This document shows positions 1 to 9,195 of a stretch of 25,689 bases of DNA, in pieces. The notes beneath the pieces were generated by a model that saw nothing but the letters and a program-made list of their open reading frames with translations, did not search any database and was not told the origin of the DNA. How positions within the stretch are numbered: position 1 is the stretch's first letter; each line of letters begins with the position of its first letter. Source of the stretch: Nitrospinota bacterium (GTDB lineage: Bacteria; UBA8248). A program made the translations under genes and the position numbers. The stretch is taken from the NCBI GenBank assembly GCA_046581755.1, contig JAYGFR010000305.1, positions 1-25,689 of the forward strand, written 5' to 3'.

Positions 1-554
1 CTTCCGCTGCTCTTCTCGTTTCGCCAGCAGTGGTAGCGAAGCGCCTTGGGGTAGGGGGAAAGGTCCATCCCGGCGAAATAGCTCTCGGGCACCTCGCCCG
101 GCTTGTGCGGGTCCATCCGGTCCTTTTCGTAAACCATCGTCCGCTCCAGGACGCGCCAGGCCCCCTCTCGCCGCTCGAAGAGATCCACCACGCTGCTCCA
201 GGTCTGGAAATCGAACTCATAGCCGTCCAGCCAGCGCCGCTGGTGGAGCGTGAGGTAGTATTCGCAGACCGCGCGGCCGCCGTTCAGCGCGACGCGCGGG
301 TTCCCCGCGAAATGTTTCTGGCTGTCCCCCGGATGATGGCCACCCATCATGTTGCGGGAGCCCTCGATGAATTCGTGTGCGTTTCCCGAGAACCAGGAGA
401 CCGTGATCCGCGCGTCCGCGTGAAAACACGCCTTCAGCCCGTCCCAGTCTCCGGTATCGCGGCAGACGTGCGAGCGCATCGCCACCTCGACGATCTCCAC
501 CTTGTCCGCCGCGGCGCTCAGCCGGGCCTCATCGTTCATCGTGGAATCGCTCAT
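1..554 (-). CDS. SnoaL-like / NTF2-family protein, 3' end runs off the window (absent from the ORF track)
   Basis: Manual translation from ATG 554 (alternative ATG 539): MSDSTMNDEARLSAAADKVEIVEVAMRSHVCRDTGDWDGLKACFHADARITVSWFSG...SQKHFAGNPRVALNGGRAVCE...DLFERREGAWRVLERTMVYEKDRMDP..., open to position 1. Clear paralogue of 587..1201. Confidence 0.85.
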   Translation of the reverse strand, partial: MSDSTMNDEARLSAAADKVEIVEVAMRSHVCRDTGDWDGLKACFHADARITVSWFSGNAHEFIEGSRNMMGGHHPGDSQKHFAGNPRVALNGGRAVCEYYLTLHQRRWLDGYEFDFQTWSSVVDLFERREGAWRVLERTMVYEKDRMDPHKPGEVPESYFAGMDLSPYPKALRYHCWRNEKSSG

Positions 555-586
555 CCCCGCTGGCTCCGCGCCCGCCCGCGGACGGT

Positions 587-1201
587 TCAGGTCAGCCACG
601 CCTTGCTCTCTTCTCGGAGCCCGGCCTCGGCCCCGCTGCCCGCCGAAACGATGCCCGGCGCCGGCCGCCGGCCGTGTTTCGAGTGGCGGTAGCACATAAA
701 TTTGCACGAAGCCGGATACTCCGAGAGCGCCATCGCCGCGAAATAACCCTCCGGCACCTCGGCCGGATTCAGCGGGTCCATCCGGTCCTTCTCGTAGATC
801 GCCGTGCGCTTGGCGATTCGCCAGGCGCCCTCGCGCCGCTCGAAGAGGTCGAAAAACCGGATCCAGGCGGTGAAGTCGAACTCGATTTCGTCGATGATGA
901 GCCGCGAGTAGAGCGTTACATGGCACTCGCTCACCGCGCGGTTTCCGGCCAGGCGGATATCCGGCGGTCCGACCTGATGCTTTTGGTGCTCGCCTTCCCG
1001 CATGGGCGGGCGGCCCCGCAGCCGCTCGACAAATTCCCCGGCCGTGCCCTTCGTCCATGAAATATCCATCTCCCCGTCCGGGTGGTAGCAGGCCCGGAGC
1101 CGCTCCCAGTCCTCCCGATCGCGGGCGAACCCCCAGCCGATCACCACGCGGGAGATGGCCCGATCATCGAGGGCGGTCTGGATGTCCGTATCGCCGGGCA
1201 T
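587..1201 (-). CDS. SnoaL-like / NTF2-family protein
   Basis: D-x3-I helix, RD-x2-DW, YHPDG, H-x2-G-x2-DI-x3-GNRA, and D-x-FERREGAWRIAKR, typical of SnoaL_4-type proteins. AGGAG RBS upstream. Confidence 0.85.
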   Translation of the reverse strand: MPGDTDIQTALDDRAISRVVIGWGFARDREDWERLRACYHPDGEMDISWTKGTAGEFVERLRGRPPMREGEHQKHQVGPPDIRLAGNRAVSECHVTLYSRLIIDEIEFDFTAWIRFFDLFERREGAWRIAKRTAIYEKDRMDPLNPAEVPEGYFAAMALSEYPASCKFMCYRHSKHGRRPAPGIVSAGSGAEAGLREESKAWLT

Positions 1202-1270
1202 GGAATATTTCTCCTGAGACGATAAAGCGCAAACGGTCGCAACCGGGGGCCGGCCATTCCGCCCCGTCGG

Positions 1271-1606
1271 TCATTTCTTCTTTGTCATGCTCTCCAGTTG
1301 GTTGAGCAGGCGGTCGCGATCGTCCTCGTCCATGATCATGAGGAGGCCGACGTGGTACATGCCGGGACGCTCGTGGACTTCCTCGCTCCAGGCCCGGAGC
1401 GCCTGTACCCGCTCGAAGGACATGTCCGAAATCTTGAAGGATGCGTGAATCTCGCCGCTCTCCTCGGGGTTGGTGGGGACGACGATATGAAATCCGCTGG
1501 CCGATACGTTCTCGGGGGTGACGGGAGTGTCCAAGAGGGAGGGAATCTCGAGCTCGACGGGTATATCGTAGCGGGGAAACCTGCGGGGGCCTTCTTTTTC
1601 GTCCAT
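1271..1606 (-). CDS. Stand-alone PilZ-domain protein (c-di-GMP receptor)
   Basis: RRFPR (RxxxR) and NVSASG (D/NxSxxG) motifs. GGAG upstream of ATG 1606; 111 aa. Confidence 0.8.
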   Translation of the reverse strand: MDEKEGPRRFPRYDIPVELEIPSLLDTPVTPENVSASGFHIVVPTNPEESGEIHASFKISDMSFERVQALRAWSEEVHERPGMYHVGLLMIMDEDDRDRLLNQLESMTKKK

Positions 1607-1747
1607 GTATCGCGCTCCATTGCCGGTTTGTAGGGTATGCCTTGTGCCAAGCGCAACATCAATCAAATCAATATCATATGCGATGCCAAATGTATAGGAG
1701 GGAGCGGCCCCGGAGGGCCGGCTCTTCAGGAGGGAGCGAAAGCCGTG

Positions 1748-2388
1748 TCAATCCGGCCACTCGCCCGCCCGCCAAAGGGAGCCCCATAACGTCACGGCGC
1801 AGATGACCCACAGGAAATCGAAGGAATCCTGAAATCCTCGGCGGGATCGACGAAAAAATTCGCCCAAAGGTAGAGCAGCAAGACATAGGCGCCCAGGTGG
1901 GCCCGGAGGGCCCGGCTCTCTAAGAGAGGGCGGCCCCGCTCCCTGAGCGCCAAAAAGCGCCGGGCCATCGCCGCGAGATGCCAAAGGGAGGCCGCCGAAA
2001 AAACGATGAGCGTGGAATCCGTGGGCCGGGGAGAGGTGACGGCGGCGATCATGACGTAGAGCAAAAAGGCCATGGCCAGATCCAGGAGGCATCCGGCCCC
2101 AGCCGGATATTTTCCAACCGGAGATTTTCCCCGCGGCCCATCCTCCGGATCCGCCAGGCGGAAAGAGGCGCCCGCGGCATGGGGCAGGAACACATAGAAG
2201 CTCGCGGCGAAAAACAGTTGGGCGATGAAGCCGCCCCAATTCTTTTGGCCCGCCAGAGGGAGGAGATTCCGGTGCAGGTTGTAGAAGCCGAAGAGGGCGG
2301 TTCCGCCGAACAGGACGCCCAGGAGCGCGGCCCATCCTCTTGAAAATGCGTTTTGGCTTGAAAAAGCGTTTTGGCCTTCGGCTGACAT
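1748..2388 (-). CDS. Polytopic membrane protein of unknown function, probable 1-nt frameshift near 1830-1858
   Basis: About five hydrophobic segments in 1792..2388. A further TM-like tail (DSFDFLWVICAVTLWGSLWRAGEWPD) lies in the adjacent frame ending at 1748. Confidence 0.55.
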
Positions 2389-2618
2389 GGACCCGGCTCC
2401 GGCGGTTGACCGCCCCTCTAAATTCCCAAGCCATATACTAGCCCGAAATTCACCGGGGCGGGGAGGGCGCTTTCCCGAAGATTCGCCGGCTGAATTTCCC
2501 CCGCCTTCCGGCCGCCTCCGGCGATGGTTCTTCCGCTAGATGGCTCTGGTTTTAAAATTTAGAGAGGATTCCGGAAGACCCAAGTGGCTCGGGAATTATA
2601 CGAGAGGGGAGGGGGGGT

Positions 2619-2705
2619 ATGCGCAGGTTCGCGGCACTCATCGGTGTAGGCATTGCCTTGATGTTCTTGGCGTCCGTGGCGGCCCCATCGCGGGCCCGAA
2701 AAAAA
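2619..2705 (+). pseudogene. Orphan signal-peptide-coding segment (possible deleted-gene remnant)
   Basis: G-rich RBS, then MRRFAALIGVGIALMFLASVAAPSRA, which runs directly into a terminator hairpin. Confidence 0.35.
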
Positions 2706-2748
2706 GCCCCTCCCCGGCGGGCGATTCCGCCGGGGGAGGGCTTTTTTT
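2699..2748. terminator. Bidirectional intrinsic terminator
   Basis: A7-gcccctccccggcgg-(gcgatt)-ccgccgggggagggc-T7, downstream of the metallophosphoesterase gene. Confidence 0.85.
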
Positions 2749-2775
2749 CGGTGTGCGTCTTTTTCCTAATGGACC

Positions 2776-3519
2776 CTAATGGGGCATGTGGGCCGGGTTC
2801 CAGTATTCTCCGGTGCGGATGGTAACGGCCTGCTTGTCGCCGTTGGGGACCCAGCTTTCCTCGTTCAATTTCGCCTGGGGCTCGAAGTCATACTCGACCC
2901 GGTGAATCTCGGCGTCCCACTTTCCGTCTCCCCCGTATTCGAGGATGACGTAGGCCGGCCGGTTGTCGCCGTCCCAGTTCACCGCCGCCGAAGCGCCGCA
3001 CAAGAGGGTCTGGTTCCCCACCTTGCGGACATAGGGGCCGTGCACCTGGCCGAAGACCAGGAGCTCGGAACTGGCGCCCTTCAGCCGTTCGAGAATCTCA
3101 TCGTCCGTCAGGCGCAGCGGAAGCGCGCCCTCGTCGTCGCCCGGGAGGGCGTGGAAGACGTGCATATCGTGGCCCGGTTCGGCCGTGAAGATGAATTCGT
3201 GGGGAAGGCTCCGCAGCCAGTTGAGCTGGTCGTCGGTCATGTGCTCGCGGGTGAGCCTGCTGCCGTCGTTCCGGTTTGGGAAGGGGTTGTCCTGCTCGTC
3301 CACCTTGTCGATCACCCAGCGGTCGAAGTTTCCCAGGATGGCCAGGCAGTTTTTCCGGGACCGGAGCCGATCGACCACCTCGCCGGGCTCGGGCCCACCC
3401 ATGACATGATCGCCCATGACAATTTCCCAATCGACATTGTGCTTGTCCACCTCGGCCAGGATGACATCCATCGGCGCGAGCTGGGCATGGATATCCGCAT
3501 ACAGGGCGAATTTCATCAT
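2776..3519 (-). CDS. Calcineurin-like metallophosphoesterase (YfcE/MJ0912-like)
   Basis: Motifs ADIHA, MGDHV, GNFD, VFHA, FGQVH and the C-terminal DGDNRPAY...HRVEYD. GGAGG RBS. Confidence 0.85.
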   Translation of the reverse strand: MMKFALYADIHAQLAPMDVILAEVDKHNVDWEIVMGDHVMGGPEPGEVVDRLRSRKNCLAILGNFDRWVIDKVDEQDNPFPNRNDGSRLTREHMTDDQLNWLRSLPHEFIFTAEPGHDMHVFHALPGDDEGALPLRLTDDEILERLKGASSELLVFGQVHGPYVRKVGNQTLLCGASAAVNWDGDNRPAYVILEYGGDGKWDAEIHRVEYDFEPQAKLNEESWVPNGDKQAVTIRTGEYWNPAHMPH

Positions 3520-3683
3520 TTTTCCCTCCAGTGAAAAAAAAGAAATTTGGGAAGATTCCGCTCTCCCGTCAAACCGGTTTTCGAATGTGGGGGAAGATTA
3601 CCCAGGCGGGTGGGGGCTGGCAAACCGCCGGGCGCGAAACCGGGAGGCGGTGCAGTGGCTTGCGGTGGGGGGGGGCTTGCGGT

Positions 3684-4202
3684 TCAGTTTCTCCAGCCGG
3701 GGCCCTTGAGGTGGCCTCTCAGGTAGGCGATCTGGCCTGCGTGCTGGTTGAAGTCGGTAGCGAGAATGACGAGAAGGCTCGCGACAGTGACGCGGCCCTC
3801 CCGGTAGTGGGGAACCTCGCGGTTGAGATCGGAGGGCGTGAGCCCGGCGAGGCAGGCGCCGATTCGCTCCCGGACGGCATGAAGGTAGCCCAGCAGGTCG
3901 TCCTTCCCGGCGCGGAGGGAGGCGACCTGCTCCACAGTGTGCCCAAAGCCCGTGTCGCGGTCGCCGAACTGAGGGGCGATGCGCTCGCGCCAGCCGCCCG
4001 CGAGCCAGGCCTGGGTTTCGCCGGAGATGGCCTCGGCGATGAGGTCGGCCGTGCGGGTGGCATGCCAGGCGAGCCACCCGGCGGGGTTGGAGTGCGCCTC
4101 CGGCCGGATGAGCAGGTCTTCATCGTTCAGGCCATCGAGGGCCTCTTCGAGGCGCACGGCGTTTCGCTCGAAAATTTTTGTGGTGAGCTCTGGAGCTTCC
4201 AT
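3684..4202 (-). CDS. DinB-family protein (DinB_2-like four-helix bundle)
   Basis: LDGLNDEDL...NPAGWLAWH...DFNQHAGQIAYLR pattern. Confidence 0.85.
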   Translation of the reverse strand: MEAPELTTKIFERNAVRLEEALDGLNDEDLLIRPEAHSNPAGWLAWHATRTADLIAEAISGETQAWLAGGWRERIAPQFGDRDTGFGHTVEQVASLRAGKDDLLGYLHAVRERIGACLAGLTPSDLNREVPHYREGRVTVASLLVILATDFNQHAGQIAYLRGHLKGPGWRN

Positions 4203-4254
4203 CCAAAATCCTCGTCTGGAGAAAAGAGGCGCCCTTCGGGATTTTCCGCGCAGG

Positions 4255-5232
4255 CTAGGCGACCCGGTTCCTGGGCTTTTTTCTGCTCAGAACGCGGAGG
4301 ACTTCTTCCGCCGATTTACGGCGGAGCTCCTCCTGGGCGGCGGTCGAATACCAGGCGCTGTGCGGGGTGATCAGGCAGCCGGGCACGCCGATGAGAGGGT
4401 GTTTTCCGGAGGGGGGCTCCTCGCAGAGGACATCGAGCCCCGCGCCCCGGATCTGGCCCGCGCGAAGCGCCCGGTGCAGGGCGGGCTCGTCGATCAGCTC
4501 ACCGCGGGCGACGTTGATGAGGACGGCCTCGGGCTTCATTTTCGAGAGCGCCTCGGCGCCGATCATGCCGCGCGTCTTGGGGATGAGCGGGGCGTGGAGG
4601 GTGATGTAATCCGAGGCGCGGAGCAGCCTGGCCATGCCCGTCTTCTCGGCCCGGATCCGCTTGAAGGCGGCCTCGGGGGCGAAGGGGTCGTGGGCCAGGA
4701 TGCGCATGCCGAAGGCGCGGGCCTTTTTCCCGATGGCGCTGCCGATGCGCCCGATGCCGACGATGCCGAGGGTGGCCTCGGCCAGGGGCCGGATGGGGCG
4801 GAGGGGGACGATGCCCCAGCCGCCGCCGGCCACGACCCCGGTCCCCTCGGGGAGCTTGCGCGCGAAGGAGAGGATCAGCGCCATGGCGTGGTCCGACACC
4901 TCGCCGATGCAATAGTCGGGGACGTTGGTGACGGGGATGTTTTTCTCCTTGGCGGCGACGAGGTCGATGTTGTCCACGCCGATGCCGGCGCGCGAGAGGA
5001 TGCGGCAGGCCACGAGTTCTCCGATGACACCGGCGGTGAAATTCGGGATCGAGCCGATGAGGACGGCCTCGGCCTCGCGGCAAAGCGCGATGGTGCTTTC
5101 TGGGGTGTCCGCCGGCCCGCGCTCGATGCGGCAGCGGAGCGGGCCGAGGATTTTCTCTTCGAGATGGAGGTCGGGGTAGCGCACGCCCGCGATGGCGACG
5201 AGGGGGCCGCCGCTTTTTCTTGCCTTTGCCAT
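4255..5232 (-). CDS. D-isomer-specific 2-hydroxyacid dehydrogenase (CtBP-like)
   Basis: GIGVDNID, NVPDYC, GIGRIG Rossmann motif, INVARG, LDV-x2-EEP, TPHSAWYS. Confidence 0.92.
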   Translation of the reverse strand: MAKARKSGGPLVAIAGVRYPDLHLEEKILGPLRCRIERGPADTPESTIALCREAEAVLIGSIPNFTAGVIGELVACRILSRAGIGVDNIDLVAAKEKNIPVTNVPDYCIGEVSDHAMALILSFARKLPEGTGVVAGGGWGIVPLRPIRPLAEATLGIVGIGRIGSAIGKKARAFGMRILAHDPFAPEAAFKRIRAEKTGMARLLRASDYITLHAPLIPKTRGMIGAEALSKMKPEAVLINVARGELIDEPALHRALRAGQIRGAGLDVLCEEPPSGKHPLIGVPGCLITPHSAWYSTAAQEELRRKSAEEVLRVLSRKKPRNRVA

Positions 5233-5275
5233 GAAATTCCTTTCAGCCGGTTTCGGCCGGATTTGAGCGGCGGGG

Positions 5276-5677
5276 TTAGCGGCCCGGCCGCATGATGATT
5301 TCGATGTGGACCTCGTCGGGTCCGTTCAGGTGGATGACGCCCCAGCCCGGACGCGGGCTGCGGGGTCCGTCGTAGATGGTGGCGCCGCGCTCCCGGAGAT
5401 GCTCGGCGGCGGCCTCGATGTCGTCCACCTCGATGTCGTCCACGCGGAAACAAAAATGGTCCGCGCCGTGAGCGGGCGAGGGCGGAGCGGGCGCCCACTC
5501 GGCATCGGGCTGCTTTTCCTGGACGATGATGTTCACCCCGCCGATGTCGAGGCGGACGGCCTCGCCGCCGCGGATGTCGTGGCGCTCGATCTCGGACGCG
5601 CCGAAGACGTGCGTGTACCATTCGATCGCGCCCGCCGGGTCGGCGGCGAGGTGGTGGATGTGGTCGTGGCGGAACAT
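5276..5677 (-). CDS. VOC/glyoxalase-family protein
   Basis: DHIH...WY-x2-VFGA, ADHFCFRVDDIE, GPDEVHIEI. Confidence 0.85.
   Translation of the reverse strand: MFRHDHIHHLAADPAGAIEWYTHVFGASEIERHDIRGGEAVRLDIGGVNIIVQEKQPDAEWAPAPPSPAHGADHFCFRVDDIEVDDIEAAAEHLRERGATIYDGPRSPRPGWGVIHLNGPDEVHIEIIMRPGR
5414..5443. repeat. Exact 15-bp tandem duplication (VDDIE-VDDIE)
   Basis: ctcgatgtcgtccac occurs twice (5414-5428, 5429-5443), in frame. Confidence 0.95.
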
Positions 5678-5704
5678 GGCGGCCTTTCTCTTGCCGGCGA
5701 CCCG

Positions 5705-6205
5705 CTAGCGGGCCGCGCCCTTGGCGGGCCATGCGGGCCGGCTGCCCGGAAACAGGTCGGAGCCGTGGAAAATTTCGATGCGGTTTCCGTCCGGGTCGAG
5801 GAAGTAGACGCCCTCGTGGCCGCCCCACAGGCCGTTGGACTCGTCCAGCTTGAGCGGCCCCCAGACGATGCGGACATCCTCGCGCGAGCGAAGGAAGCCG
5901 ACGGCCTCGTCGAATTCTTTCTGGCCCGCCACATCGAAGGCGAGGTGGTGGAGGCCCACGTCCCCGCGCGTGCAGGTGTCCTCGCTCTCGGCCTCCACCC
6001 AATCCTCGGGCACGGAGAAAACCGCGAGCTGGTGGTGGTAGTCGTCCAGATATAAGAAGGCCGAGCCGAACGGGGCGGCGGGGTGGGTCCCCGCCTCGTG
6101 GCGCGAGCGGAACTCGAAACCCAGGACCTCGCGATTGAAGCGGATCGATCGATCCAGGTCGCGGACCTTGATTCCCATGTACTGGAGCCGGAGCGTCCGG
6201 ATCAT
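5705..6205 (-). CDS. VOC-family protein resembling the C-terminal domain of extradiol dioxygenases
   Basis: VRDLDRSIRF-x2-EVLGF, YHHQLA, GLHHLAF, YFLDPDGNRIEI. Confidence 0.85.
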   Translation of the reverse strand: MIRTLRLQYMGIKVRDLDRSIRFNREVLGFEFRSRHEAGTHPAAPFGSAFLYLDDYHHQLAVFSVPEDWVEAESEDTCTRGDVGLHHLAFDVAGQKEFDEAVGFLRSREDVRIVWGPLKLDESNGLWGGHEGVYFLDPDGNRIEIFHGSDLFPGSRPAWPAKGAAR

Positions 6206-6256
6206 TTTTTCATTCCGCGCGGGCGCGGACTTTCCTCTACAGGGTCGGCCTTGGGC

Positions 6257-7078
6257 CTAGAGTTCACGCATCATCCCCCACCGCTGGACGGTCGCCACCT
6301 CCAGCGATCTCAGCACGAGGCGCTCCAACGCGAAGCCCAGGAAGCCGATGATGATGATGCCGCCGTAGATGACCTCGCTGTTCAGCGTTTCCTGCGCATC
6401 GAAGATGCGCACCCCGAGGCCCATCTCGGGCGAGGCGAGGAGCTCGCCCGCCAGCAGGACCCGCCAGGCTCTGGCGAATCCAATCCGCCAGCCCGATATG
6501 ACCACGGGCAGCGAGCCGGGCAGCAGGACCCGCACGAGCAGGGATACCCCCTTCGTTTCCATCGAGCGGGCGGCATGCACCAGCGTCTCGTTCACCGTCT
6601 TCACGCCCACCCAGGTGTTCAGGATGATGGGGATGCTGGTGGCGAAGGAGATCGTGATGACGACGGCCTTTTCCGTCAGGCCCCAGAAGAGGATCGTCGC
6701 CGGAAAAAGGGCGATGCCCGGAATCACGCTGAAAAAATTGACGACGGGAACGAACATCCACTCGAACGTCCGCGAGGCGCCCATGAGGATGCCGACGATG
6801 GTTCCGGCGATGAGGGCGAAAAAGGCGGATATGAACAAGCGGAGGATCGAGGTGCCGATATGGTTCAGGAGCAAGCCGTTGGGGCCAAAGCTCTCTTCGA
6901 ATATGGTGTTGAAAATCGTCCAGATCCGGGGGAACAACGCCGGGGGGACCCATTCGTTCCAGCTGACAAACTCCCAGATGGCCAAGAGAATCACGATCGG
7001 CAACATGTTTTCGATCAAGGCACGGCTGTAGAATTGAATCTTGGACGCCCGGCTGGTGGAGGTGGTTTCACCGCTCAA
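6257..7078 (-). CDS. ABC transporter permease, NitT/TauT (SsuC/TauC-like) family
   Basis: Multiple TM helices, EAA-like loop (LVHAARSMETKG...VLLPGSLP), LAGELLAS-x2-GLG. TTG start with GGAG RBS. Confidence 0.92.
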   Translation of the reverse strand: MSGETTSTSRASKIQFYSRALIENMLPIVILLAIWEFVSWNEWVPPALFPRIWTIFNTIFEESFGPNGLLLNHIGTSILRLFISAFFALIAGTIVGILMGASRTFEWMFVPVVNFFSVIPGIALFPATILFWGLTEKAVVITISFATSIPIILNTWVGVKTVNETLVHAARSMETKGVSLLVRVLLPGSLPVVISGWRIGFARAWRVLLAGELLASPEMGLGVRIFDAQETLNSEVIYGGIIIIGFLGFALERLVLRSLEVATVQRWGMMREL

Positions 7079-7094
7079 TGGGTCATCTCCGATT

Positions 7095-7133
7095 CATCCC
7101 TCCCCGGCCCCCTCCGGGGGCCGGGGAGGGATG
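7095..7133. promoter_or_regulatory. Perfect 18-bp-stem intercistronic hairpin, likely an mRNA-stabilising or attenuating element
   Basis: catccctccccggccccc-tcc-gggggccggggagggatg between the SBP and permease genes, with no U tract. Confidence 0.7.
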
Positions 7134-7152
7134 GCGAATTTCCTTCAGGCGA

Positions 7153-8205
7153 CTAGTTGCTGCCCGCCTTTTTGACGAAGCGGTTGTCGATGTTGCTACG
7201 GAAGTCGGGAATCTTTTTGAGCTTGCCCAGCTTGTGCATCATTTTTGCGCTGGCGTCGAGATCGGCGACGTTCTCGCCGTCCCAGACGTGGCTCTTGAAC
7301 TTGATGATTTTGATGAAGAAGCGCGCGTCGGCCATCTTGAGTTTCTTTCCGCGCCGGGTGCTGAACTTGTGGAAGATCTTCGCGGCTTCCTCGCGGTTGT
7401 TCTCAATCCAGTTCTTGGACTTCACCCAGGCGTTCACGACCTTCTGCACGGTGCCAGGGTGCTTGTCGATGAAGCCCGCGCGCGTGTAGAGGAGGAACGG
7501 GTAGGGGGACTTCGCCACCCTGCCGATCTCGGCCGTGTCGATGATCGCACGCGCGAGGCCGCGGTTCAGGATGGATTTCGCGAAGGGATACCAGGGAACC
7601 GCCGCGTCGATGGTGCCCGTTCCCATGGCGGCGCCGATGCGCGAGGTGCGCATGTAGCGCATCTTGAACATGCTTTCTTTCAGTCCGATGGCGTCCAGGT
7701 AGCGGAGCCAGACGACATGGGTGCCCGAGCCCTTCTGGATGGCGATCTTCTTGCCCTTGAGGTCGGCCATCGTCTTTGAGGTTTTGTCGCCTTTTTTGAC
7801 CAGAACGGTCGCGAGGAAGCCCGTGTTGTTCACCGCCACAGCCTTCATGTTCCAGCCCTTTGCGGACCACTGGATGAGCCGCGCGCCTGCCGCTGTGCCG
7901 AAATCGAGCGAGCCGCCGTATACAGACGACAGGGCGAGCCGGCCGCTCTTGACGGGTTTGGGCTGGATGTCCAGGCCCTCGGCCTTGAGGAACCCCTTCT
8001 CAATGGCGACCAAAGGAACGACCGCCGTCGAGCTTTCTGAGAATGCGATGCGGACTTTGCCGACTACCGCGCGCTCGGTCCGGAGGGGCGCCACCTTTTT
8101 CCGCTTTCTTTTCCGGGCTCCCTCCGAGACGGACGGCAAGATCAGGCCCGCCGATACCAGGGCGATGAGGACGAAAAACAACCACTTCCGGTTCCGTTTA
8201 AACAT
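7153..8205 (-). CDS. ABC substrate-binding protein, NitT/TauT (SsuA/NMT1-like) family
   Basis: Signal peptide, VAIEKGFLKAEGL, DLKGKKIA-x2-KGS, GTIDAAV-x-WYPF. GAGGAG RBS. Confidence 0.92.
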   Translation of the reverse strand: MFKRNRKWLFFVLIALVSAGLILPSVSEGARKRKRKKVAPLRTERAVVGKVRIAFSESSTAVVPLVAIEKGFLKAEGLDIQPKPVKSGRLALSSVYGGSLDFGTAAGARLIQWSAKGWNMKAVAVNNTGFLATVLVKKGDKTSKTMADLKGKKIAIQKGSGTHVVWLRYLDAIGLKESMFKMRYMRTSRIGAAMGTGTIDAAVPWYPFAKSILNRGLARAIIDTAEIGRVAKSPYPFLLYTRAGFIDKHPGTVQKVVNAWVKSKNWIENNREEAAKIFHKFSTRRGKKLKMADARFFIKIIKFKSHVWDGENVADLDASAKMMHKLGKLKKIPDFRSNIDNRFVKKAGSN

Positions 8206-8241
8206 CGCGTTGCTCCTCTTTTTGTTTGAGCGCTAGGCGGC

Positions 8242-9044
8242 TCAGATTGTGGGTGTTTCGGTCTGGCTCTCGATGAGGCCAGTCAGCTTGCGTTCGATTT
8301 CGACAAATTCGGGCGCGAGGATATCGCGCGGCCGGGGGAGACCGACCCGGATCTCCCGGGTGATGCGGCCCGGCCGGGCGCTCATCACGATCACGCGGTC
8401 GGCGAGGAACGTCGCCTCGCGAACGTCGTGCGTGATGAACATCACCGTTTTTCTCGTATGCTCCCACACATCGACCAGGACGCGCTGGAGGTTGGCGCGC
8501 GTCTGGGCGTCGAGGGCGCCGAAGGGCTCGTCCATCAGCAAGAGCTCGGGGTCGAGGGCGAGCGCGCGGGCGATCGCCACCCGCTGGCGCATCCCGCCCG
8601 AGAGGCGGTTGGGAAATATATCCTCGAAGCCATTGAGGGACATCATATCGATGTAGTGGGTGACGATCTCCTTGTGTTTTTCGGCGGGAATCTTCTTTTG
8701 CTTCACCCCGTAGAGGATGTTCTCCCGGACCGAGAGCCAGGGAAAGAGGGCGAAATCCTGAAAGACCATCCCCCGGTTCAGGCCGGGCTCGGAGAGCGGC
8801 TCGTTGTCGAGGAAAATTTCGCCCCCGCTCTTGGGGTAGAGGCCGGCCACGATCATGAGCATGGTGGATTTGCCGCATCCGCTGGGCCCGATGACGCAGA
8901 CGAACTCGCCGTCGCCGACCTCGAGACTGATGTTTTCGATGGCGTGGACGGTTCGCGAATGGCCAAAGCCCTCGTTGACCACGAAGGTTTTCTGAAGTCC
9001 GTTGATGACCAGTTTCGATGACGAGCCGTTGGGGCCGATGACAA
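8242..9044 (-). CDS. ABC ATP-binding protein (SsuB/TauB-like), start region probably frameshifted
   Basis: Walker A GPSGCGKST, signature LSGGMRQR, Walker B LLLMDEPF, H-loop ITHD. GGAGG precedes TTG 9044, which is one base out of frame with the body. Confidence 0.92.
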
Positions 9045-9108
9045 TATACCTCCGAGCGCGCCGCAACCGCGCGGGCCGGGCCCTGTCGAATTTGACGGAA
9101 ACGATGCG

Positions 9109-9138
9109 ATTATAGGCCTTTGGGGGGGGATTCCGCAA
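9109..9138 (-). promoter_or_regulatory. Putative sigma70 promoter of the ABC/VOC operon
   Basis: Minus strand TTGCGG-N18-TATAAT. Confidence 0.55.
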
Positions 9139-9195
9139 ATTTTGTCCGGTGAAGGAGGCCCCCGGTTTCAGGCCGGCTCCGGAGCGCCCGGGGCC

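Noticed and set aside
1630..1692. Two TTGGCA sigma54-like -24 boxes upstream of the PilZ gene
   Set aside because: Neither has a correctly spaced TTGC -12 element.
6226..6238. Minus-strand GAGGAAAGTCCG, matching the RNase P RNA 5' signature
   Set aside because: It lies in a 51-bp gap between coding genes, with no room for the RNA and no partner 3' motif seen.
9045..9138. ORF-track start of the ABC ATPase at TTG 9138
   Set aside because: It coincides with the putative -35 box and has no RBS. The GGAGG points to about 9044.
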